Assembly (NCBI GenBank): GCA_020854065.1
Contig: JADZGF010000005.1
Span: 8,925 to 72,924 of the forward strand
Length of the DNA stretch: 64,000 nt
DNA from: Candidatus Nomurabacteria bacterium
GTDB taxonomy: Bacteria; Patescibacteriota; Minisyncoccia; Phycocordibacterales; SBAW01
Reading direction: 5' to 3'
Under the pieces are notes generated by a model that was not told the origin of the DNA, did not search any database, and saw only the letters and a program-made list of their open reading frames with translations. Below, in pieces: positions 36,781 through 42,872 of this stretch (position 1 is its first letter; every line of letters begins with the position of its first letter). A program made the position numbers and the translations under genes.

Positions 36781-37824
36781 TTAGTAGAAGCTGCGGGAGG
36801 CAGTGTTGTTTACCTCATTCATCTCCGGGACGATATTGTATGGATCCACATGGATCGTTACGCTCTGTGATCCGTAGTCGTAGTTGTATACGTTGTAGCT
36901 TGAATGGCATGGTGCAACGTAGCTTGCGTTCGGACCGTAGTAGCTTGGTGGGCAGTAGCTGTTCGTCCAGTTGCCGGTTGCTTGATATCCCATTGTAAAG
37001 ACAATGCGATCGCCAGGGTAGAGTGCCTGCTGCGTTGGCGATTGATAGGTGTATCCACCATCGATCGGCAAGTTTGCGGTGAAGAACCAATTTGCTGGAG
37101 CAACATTGGTGCCAATGTTTTGCACGGTAAACTGGATCGCTGCACGTCCACTAGAGACGTATGCTGAGTTAATACCAACTTGGAGGTCAGAGTATCCGTA
37201 GAGGTTTTGGGTACGGCCACTTGGGTAATATGTTGAAGCAGGTTTTGCAGTCGAGGTTGCAGGTTTTGGAGTGGTGGTCGTTGTCTTTGCTGCTGCTACC
37301 GTCGTGCCGCCGGTCGAAGTTGCCGTGATTGCGCCGGTGCTGTCAGTTGCGGCAACGCTCACACCGATTGGTGTAGCAGTGGTGCCTGCGAGCGTTGGGG
37401 TGATGCGCACGGAGCTGGTTGCACCATCGAGTTTAAACGGCGTATCGCAAGCAACCTTTTGCGCTGCCTTACCCGGCAGTGTTACCTCAAAGGAAACCCC
37501 TTCTTTACACTGATATGCCAAACCATAGGTACGGCTGCCGGATGCGTTGCGGCTTGCCCACGAAAGAGTGAAGGCATCACCTGAAGTAGTTTGTGCAGGC
37601 AAAGAGAGTGTTACTGCCTCTTTTGCGGGCTCACCCTTAAAGATCCCACCGATTGAACCGGTTACATTGCCCACCAAAGAGGGGAGCCAAAATGCGAGCT
37701 GGATAATACCCCAGGCGCCTAAGAGTAAAACGACGATAAGTCCTAACACTGCGACGATGCGCAGCACGTTATCTTTAAACGTATGCATATCCGGCAAGGT
37801 ACCACTAGTGAATAAACTTGTCAA
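36781..37824 (-). CDS. N-terminally anchored surface protein with Thr/Ala-rich linker and C-terminal CARDB-like domain
   Basis: TM helix LRIVAVLGLIVVLLLGAWGII. The low-complexity T/A/S stretch (TTTTTPKPATSTAKPAST) looks like a glycosylation-linker. The C-terminus AAIQFTVQNIGTNVAP....DPYNIVPEMNEVNNTASRSF matches the CARDB pattern (V.N.G...A......D..N.V.EsNE.NN). Confidence 0.6.
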   Translation of the reverse strand: MTSLFTSGTLPDMHTFKDNVLRIVAVLGLIVVLLLGAWGIIQLAFWLPSLVGNVTGSIGGIFKGEPAKEAVTLSLPAQTTSGDAFTLSWASRNASGSRTYGLAYQCKEGVSFEVTLPGKAAQKVACDTPFKLDGATSSVRITPTLAGTTATPIGVSVAATDSTGAITATSTGGTTVAAAKTTTTTPKPATSTAKPASTYYPSGRTQNLYGYSDLQVGINSAYVSSGRAAIQFTVQNIGTNVAPANWFFTANLPIDGGYTYQSPTQQALYPGDRIVFTMGYQATGNWTNSYCPPSYYGPNASYVAPCHSSYNVYNYDYGSQSVTIHVDPYNIVPEMNEVNNTASRSFY

Positions 37825-37870
37825 ATCTTATAAAACGTGGTTTTATATACCATACTATACTATCACAAAT

Positions 37871-38485
37871 ATGAAATTCCTCGGATTTCTCGCAACATTT
37901 GTCATCCTCTTTTTTGTTACCGTCGCCTTTTTGGGCGTGGTTGATGCGCTGCCTGAGCCAATTGGGGGAAATGGCGAGTCTGTACCGCAAGAAGAAAACC
38001 GTGCGTTTCGGGTGGAGAGTGACAGTACGCTCCCAGAAGGGGGCGAGTTTCCTACCCGCGTTGTCTCCAAGGCAATCGACATGGATGTAACAGTCTTAAA
38101 CACTCCTTCGACTGACGTTGTTGCCCTTGATGCTGATTTACTCAAAGGAGCGGTGCGCTATCCAAGTTCCGGCAGACTTGGCACAAATGGCACCGTGCTT
38201 TTGCTTGGTCATAGCTCATATTTGCCGGTGGTTCGCAACCAAAATTACAAAGCGTTTAATAATATTCAAAAACTCAAAGCAGGTGATGAGATTTCAGTCT
38301 ACTCAGACGCGCGCGAGTACCGCTATGAGGTCACGGGCGTACGACTTGCCGATGCAAGTGAAGATGTCGTAGAGTTGCCCACGGACGGCATGTACCTTAC
38401 CTTGGTAACCTGCAATACCTTTGCCGCAAAGACTGCACGCTATGTAGTCACGGCAAAACTCTCTTCGGTAAGCGAAGTTCAGTAA
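37871..38485 (+). CDS. sortase (transpeptidase) family protein
   Basis: N-terminal TM anchor, conserved His in VLLLGHSSY, the catalytic TLVTC motif (TLxTC) and the conserved Arg in TARYVVTAKL. Confidence 0.75.
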   Translation: MKFLGFLATFVILFFVTVAFLGVVDALPEPIGGNGESVPQEENRAFRVESDSTLPEGGEFPTRVVSKAIDMDVTVLNTPSTDVVALDADLLKGAVRYPSSGRLGTNGTVLLLGHSSYLPVVRNQNYKAFNNIQKLKAGDEISVYSDAREYRYEVTGVRLADASEDVVELPTDGMYLTLVTCNTFAAKTARYVVTAKLSSVSEVQ

Positions 38486-38565
38486 CGCTTCATCTAAAGA
38501 GCGCATCGTGGGCAGTAGATACCTACGGGTGCTGTTCTTCAAATCAAACACAAGGAGACGGTGAT

Positions 38566-38868
38566 ATGGCGAAAGCCACTAAGAAAGATGACGAAGTGGA
38601 CTCAATGGCTCAAGAAGCACATGAAGTGATCGAAGGGCTTCTTCAAAAGCTCAAAAGCTCGGAAGACGAGAAGGCTAAGATCAAAGAGAACAATGAGAAG
38701 GCCAAAGGCATACTTAAGTCCGCTATCGAGTTAGGGAGAAAATCCCTCTTGGTATTGTTCTTTATAGGCACCTTCGCGCTCACTCTCTACTACATGCCGA
38801 AGAGTGCTCCGACGGAGGAGGTGGCGGCTAACCCGCCTGCACATTTTCTCCTGAGCTTGGTCGCATAG
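38566..38868 (+). CDS. small membrane protein, hypothetical
   Basis: 100 aa with a Lys/Glu-rich N-terminus and one TM helix (LLVLFFIGTFALTLYY). Confidence 0.35.
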   Translation: MAKATKKDDEVDSMAQEAHEVIEGLLQKLKSSEDEKAKIKENNEKAKGILKSAIELGRKSLLVLFFIGTFALTLYYMPKSAPTEEVAANPPAHFLLSLVA

Positions 38869-39147
38869 CGGCTGAGCTAAAGGCCGATATTGCTGCGGTT
38901 GTTGCGCAGAATAACGACCTCCAGAAGGCACTTAATGCCCTCAGTGAACGACTGAAGGCTTCACAGGAAGAAGCCTTGCAGGACAAGGCGGAATGGGGTA
39001 AAACCCTAACAGATTTGGAGGCCCGTCAAGAGGGGCTTGACAAAAGGCTAACTTCGGTATATACTGATCTCAGCGAAACAGTAAAGCAGGTCGAGGGTTT
39101 GAAAGCCCAAATTTCGACTCTGCCAAAACAAGAGGAGATCAGAGAAA

Positions 39148-39392
39148 TGAAGAAGCAGCTTTTAGCGGTTTGCGCCGCTTTCGTTGCTCTTGCTGGCGCC
39201 GGTTGTACGCAGTATGGCGTGCAGGCGAATGCTCAGTCTTATCACCACAACAACCGTGGCCCGATCGCCCCACAGCGACTCATCACTGAGCACGCACCGC
39301 GGGAGGAAGGCCAGTTCCGCTGCAATGCAGATGGGACTCCTAGTGGGGGACCGGGTACTGGTACTGGCTGGTGCATGCGCCGAAGTCAGTAA
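39148..39392 (+). CDS. small lipoprotein (lipobox LAGAGC)
   Basis: MKKQLLAVCAAFVALAGAG|C carries a type II signal peptide with a lipobox. A strong SD (AAGAGGAG) sits 9 nt upstream of ATG 39148. The ORF track frame is open upstream to 38976 (MQDK...), giving an alternative longer product with a coiled-coil N-extension. Confidence 0.5.
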
Positions 39393-39400
39393 CATCGTGC

Positions 39401-39440
39401 GGGGCTTGTCCATGGACAAGCCCCCACAATTCTTTTCGTT
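39401..39440 (+). terminator. putative rho-independent terminator
   Basis: GGGGCTTGTCC-ATG-GACAAGCCCC perfect hairpin followed by a T-rich stretch (TTCTTTTCG). Confidence 0.55.
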
Positions 39441-39525
39441 AGAGACTTTTGTAAACCTTAGATGAGGTTTCCAATATGACTCTCGCGATTCGAGAGTAAC
39501 AGCTTTACAGACAAGGAGTAAGCTG

Positions 39526-39948
39526 ATGATCAAGTACTTTGCAATCGTGTTAGTGGTCGCAGGATTCTGTTCTACCGCTCAGGCTGAGCAGAACCGGCTC
39601 GACCAAGCTGTCGAGGCGTGCAAATATCGCGGTGCCATCCTCAAACAGAGGATTGCGACCGGTCAACTGTCTCGTGCTGAAAACGAACAGTATTTCGACA
39701 AAATGACCGCTGATCAATTTCGCCAGTTTCTGGTGAAGTGTCATCAGACGGACAACCGTTTCGTCGAGCCTCGGGCACCTAAAAATACAATCATGGCGTG
39801 TCCCTCTGGTCCTCCGCAACAAATTGTTGCTCGGCCTGGTGGCGCACCCATGAGCGAATGCTACAGGTGCAATGCAGAAACCAAGTTGCCCGATATTAAC
39901 GGCACGAAAATCTGCGGACCGCTGCACGCATCTCATCGCAAACAATGA
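39526..39948 (+). CDS. small secreted Cys-rich protein, hypothetical
   Basis: Signal peptide MIKYFAIVLVVAGFCSTAQA, and six Cys in the mature part. Confidence 0.45.
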   Translation: MIKYFAIVLVVAGFCSTAQAEQNRLDQAVEACKYRGAILKQRIATGQLSRAENEQYFDKMTADQFRQFLVKCHQTDNRFVEPRAPKNTIMACPSGPPQQIVARPGGAPMSECYRCNAETKLPDINGTKICGPLHASHRKQ

Positions 39949-40077
39949 TGGTCCATGGGCCATCTACTGGGGTTACTTCGGTAGCCCCTCATTCTCTGGT
40001 CTTAATAGATTTCTATTGAGTCCGGAGCGTGAGTATTCATTATTAGGTTCGTCGTTTACAATTAATTAATAGCAATT

Positions 40078-41190
40078 ATGACTCGCTATAACCACTTCGT
40101 TCGGAATAGCACCATCGCACTCCTTGCGTTTATGGCACTTGCTCTTCCGACTGCCTTTGTCCAAGCGGACTTCGGCGATGATATTGGTGTGTGGGATATG
40201 GGTGGCGGTTACGACTACTATCCGGATACGTATACTGATTACTACCCGGACACGTACACTGACTATTACCCAGATACGTACACTGATTATTACCAGGATT
40301 CGTACTCTGATTACTACACTGCTCCTTCGTACAGCTCAGGTTACTCGTCTGGTGGCTCGTACTCGTATCCTTCGTACAGCTCGGGTTACTCGTACGGTTC
40401 TTCGTACAGCACCCCTTCGTACTCGGTACCGTCGTACAGCTACTCCAATACGAATGTTGAGACTTGCAATGCTACAAATAGCTGCAACGACAACAGCGTA
40501 GAGGACAACGATACGTACGAGGATAACGACACTCATACGGAGACTTGTTCGGCAACGAACAGCTGTAACGATAACAGCAACCACTCGTACGATTACACGT
40601 CGAACTACACGTCGACTTGGACTGACAACAGTGTCCACGACTACAGCTCTACGTGGATTGACAACTCGGTGTTCCACAGCGATGACCACTCGGTGGTAAA
40701 CATCCAGAACCCGGCTCCACAGCCATACATCGTATACAAAGACCGCGAGCGTGATCGTGACCGTGATCGTGATGACGATCGTCACTACGACCGCGACTAC
40801 GATGTCTGCTACAACCTTCCAGGTTTCCAGGACTACGTACCAAATGGTTACTATGTCTCTGGTGGTAACTGCTTCTACCAGCAGTACAACACTCCCGCTC
40901 CGTACGTATCTCTCTCGGCTGTGCCATACACTGGCCTCGAGATGGGTCCTACCGCAGCCGCTCTCTACTGGGGCTTCCTGGTACTGTGGTGCGCAGTAGC
41001 GGCATACCTCATCGCAGTGAAGAAGGTTCAGAACAAGCTCGTGAATGGTCTCAACACCTTCCTCTTCCCGGCAACTGCTCATACTTCGAGCCATGCTCAG
41101 GTATCGGTTTCCGAGACCAAAGAGGTAGCAAAGACCAATACCGATGGTATTGACCCCTTCATCGCTTCGCAGCTCGGCAAATATCGCTAA
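40078..41190 (+). CDS. secreted low-complexity protein (YYPDTYTD x4, Ser/Tyr-rich, CN(A/D)TNSCNDNS x2, RD-repeat) with C-proximal TM helix
   Basis: Signal peptide ALLAFMALALPTAFVQA. In-frame tandem repeats are visible at the nucleotide level at 40207-40310. A hydrophobic helix AAALYWGFLVLWCAVAAYLIAV followed by KK sits 55 aa from the C-terminus. Confidence 0.55.
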   Translation: MTRYNHFVRNSTIALLAFMALALPTAFVQADFGDDIGVWDMGGGYDYYPDTYTDYYPDTYTDYYPDTYTDYYQDSYSDYYTAPSYSSGYSSGGSYSYPSYSSGYSYGSSYSTPSYSVPSYSYSNTNVETCNATNSCNDNSVEDNDTYEDNDTHTETCSATNSCNDNSNHSYDYTSNYTSTWTDNSVHDYSSTWIDNSVFHSDDHSVVNIQNPAPQPYIVYKDRERDRDRDRDDDRHYDRDYDVCYNLPGFQDYVPNGYYVSGGNCFYQQYNTPAPYVSLSAVPYTGLEMGPTAAALYWGFLVLWCAVAAYLIAVKKVQNKLVNGLNTFLFPATAHTSSHAQVSVSETKEVAKTNTDGIDPFIASQLGKYR

Positions 41191-41243
41191 GCGCGATTAA
41201 AGCGGATGCAGGGCTCACGGCTCTAGACTCCAAAACATTGTAG

Positions 41244-41284
41244 CAAAACCCCCCGGCACTACGCCGGGGGGTTTTGCATTTTCT
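41244..41284. terminator. bidirectional rho-independent terminator
   Basis: AAAACCCCCCGGC-ACTAC-GCCGGGGGGTTTTGCATTTT between convergent genes (41190 + / 41296 -). Confidence 0.7.
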
Positions 41285-41295
41285 CATGTGGAGCT

Positions 41296-42561
41296 TTATG
41301 CCCTCGTCTTAATCTCCTCAACCAATTTTGAAACAATCTCAGTAACAGGGAGTACTCCTACTTTACCTTTGTCGCGACTCTCTAAACTTGCGGTGCCTGC
41401 CGATACTTCAGCGTCACCAATAACGAGCGTGTAGGGGATTTTTTCTGCTTTAGCTTCACGGATCTTCTTACCCAAACTCTCGCCACCTGCATCAATGTCG
41501 GCACGGATTCCTGCATCTTTAAGTTGGGCAAGCACCTCTTCTGCAAATGCAGCGTGCCCTTCACCGATAGGGAGGACGCGTGCTTGTACCGGAGAGAGCC
41601 AGGTAGGGAAGGCGCCTGCGTAGTGTTCAATCAAGAAAGCCATGATGCGCTCAATGGCGCCGATTGAAGAACGGTGTATTACAAATGCGCGATGTGGTTT
41701 GCCGTCCTCACCTACATAGGTCAAATCGAAGCGGTCTGGCATGCAGAAGTCGTATTGGACGGTAAAGGCAGTGTCTTCCTTGCCGTTTACGTTTTTCATC
41801 TGCACATCGATCTTGGGGCCGTAAAATGCTGCCTCATCTTTTGCTTCTTCGAATTCAACACCACGGCTTACCATGTGCTTGCGCAAGAGATCCTCAGCTT
41901 TTTCCCACGCAGCATCGTTCTTGTAGTATTTCTCGCTGTTACTGCGATCGCCAAGCGAAAGGCGGAAGCGGTAATGCTCGCCCATCTTAAGTCCAAATAC
42001 GCCAGCCATGTGCTCGATAAGATCAAGAGCTTTGCCGGCTTCTTCAACTGCTTGTTCTTCGCTCGTACAAATAATGTGCGCGTCTGCGAGGCAGAAGGTG
42101 CGTACACGCTGGAGACCCATAAGTTCACCAGACTGTTCGTAGCGGTACAGCTGCGCTAGCTCAGCGATACGCATAGGAAGTTCGCGGTAGCTGTGGGGAC
42201 GCGAGAGGTAGAGTTGGAAGTGATGCGGACAGGTCATCGGTCGGAGCATGAATTGCTCGTCGTCGATAACGATAGGTGCGTACATGCTGTCCTTGTAGTG
42301 TGGGTAGTGACCTGATTTTTCATAGAGCTCTAGCCGAGCCAGGTCTGGTGTGTGTACGTGGCTGTAGCCACGTTTGGTCTCCTCCTCAATTACAAAGTTC
42401 TCAAGCTCGCGTTTAACGATTGCTCCTTTAGGCAAGAACATTGGCAGTCCTTTGCCGATAGTCTGGTCGATATAAAAGAGTCCCAGCTCGGGACCTAGTT
42501 TTTTATGATCGCGCTCCTCCATATATTCTTCATATACTACCTCTTTAAGGTGTTTTGGCAA
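41296..42561 (-). CDS. thrS: threonine--tRNA ligase, minimal form (catalytic + anticodon-binding domains only; no TGS/editing domains)
   Basis: ERDHKKLGPELGLF (ThrRS RDHRKLG motif), class II motifs 2/3, MTCPHH (Zn-binding CPxH), and a C-terminal anticodon-binding domain. 421 aa versus roughly 640 for canonical bacterial ThrRS. The ORF-track start at 42561 is TTG. The first in-frame ATG is at 42522 (MEERDHKKLG). Confidence 0.8.
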   Translation of the reverse strand: MPKHLKEVVYEEYMEERDHKKLGPELGLFYIDQTIGKGLPMFLPKGAIVKRELENFVIEEETKRGYSHVHTPDLARLELYEKSGHYPHYKDSMYAPIVIDDEQFMLRPMTCPHHFQLYLSRPHSYRELPMRIAELAQLYRYEQSGELMGLQRVRTFCLADAHIICTSEEQAVEEAGKALDLIEHMAGVFGLKMGEHYRFRLSLGDRSNSEKYYKNDAAWEKAEDLLRKHMVSRGVEFEEAKDEAAFYGPKIDVQMKNVNGKEDTAFTVQYDFCMPDRFDLTYVGEDGKPHRAFVIHRSSIGAIERIMAFLIEHYAGAFPTWLSPVQARVLPIGEGHAAFAEEVLAQLKDAGIRADIDAGGESLGKKIREAKAEKIPYTLVIGDAEVSAGTASLESRDKGKVGVLPVTEIVSKLVEEIKTRA

Positions 42562-42597
42562 AAGCGAAAGGCCCGTACTCTCTGGTGAGTACGGGCC
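42553..42597 (-). terminator. intrinsic terminator / attenuator hairpin immediately upstream of thrS (minus strand)
   Basis: 11 bp perfect hairpin GGCCCGTACTC-(6 nt loop)-GAGTACGGGCC, followed on the minus strand by UUUCGCUUUUGCC, which abuts the thrS start. Confidence 0.55.
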
Positions 42598-42832
42598 GAA
42601 GTATCAAGTTGAAATTCTCTTTTTTTGGCGGCCGGGCGACCGCATCTGCTGAACGATGTCGTCCAGCATTGCCGTGGTTTTCTGATCCCGCATCTCTGCA
42701 GAATCGAAATCTGTTTGAGCGCTGTCGCGCTCGGACGGTACGCCAAACTCAGCAGGCAGTGATTCGCGGATATTCTCCACAGAAACCTCCCTCGTTGATC
42801 ATGGAGACCCTACCAAAGTTCTTTCATTTATA

Positions 42833-42860
42833 AGTATAGCAAATTTAAGCTAAATGTCAA
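42833..42860 (-). promoter_or_regulatory. candidate sigma70-type promoter driving the thrS leader (minus strand)
   Basis: On the minus strand: TTGACA - 16 nt - TATACT, located about 15 nt downstream of the dnaE stop. Confidence 0.4.
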
Positions 42861-42872
42861 GTGAAGGTGTGT

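Noticed and set aside
40978-41100. VPYTG + TM helix + KK in the low-complexity protein as a sortase sorting signal
   Set aside because: It is not at the C-terminus (55 residues follow) and the motif is not LPXTG or LAXTG. It is kept only as a speculative note under the sortase finding, not as a feature.
42537-42833. ORFs 42537-42746 (minus strand, 69 aa) and 42555-42833 (plus strand, 92 aa) in the thrS-dnaE intergenic region
   Set aside because: They overlap the terminator hairpin and the promoter, lack SD sequences and have no conserved features. The region is better explained as a leader RNA.
42553-42872. T-box riboswitch upstream of thrS
   Set aside because: The leader has the promoter and terminator geometry of a T-box. 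However, I could not find the conserved T-box sequence (AGGGUGGNACCGCG), an AGAGA/GNUGA K-turn, or an ACC/ACU specifier context by eye. It is reported instead as an unclassified candidate attenuator.
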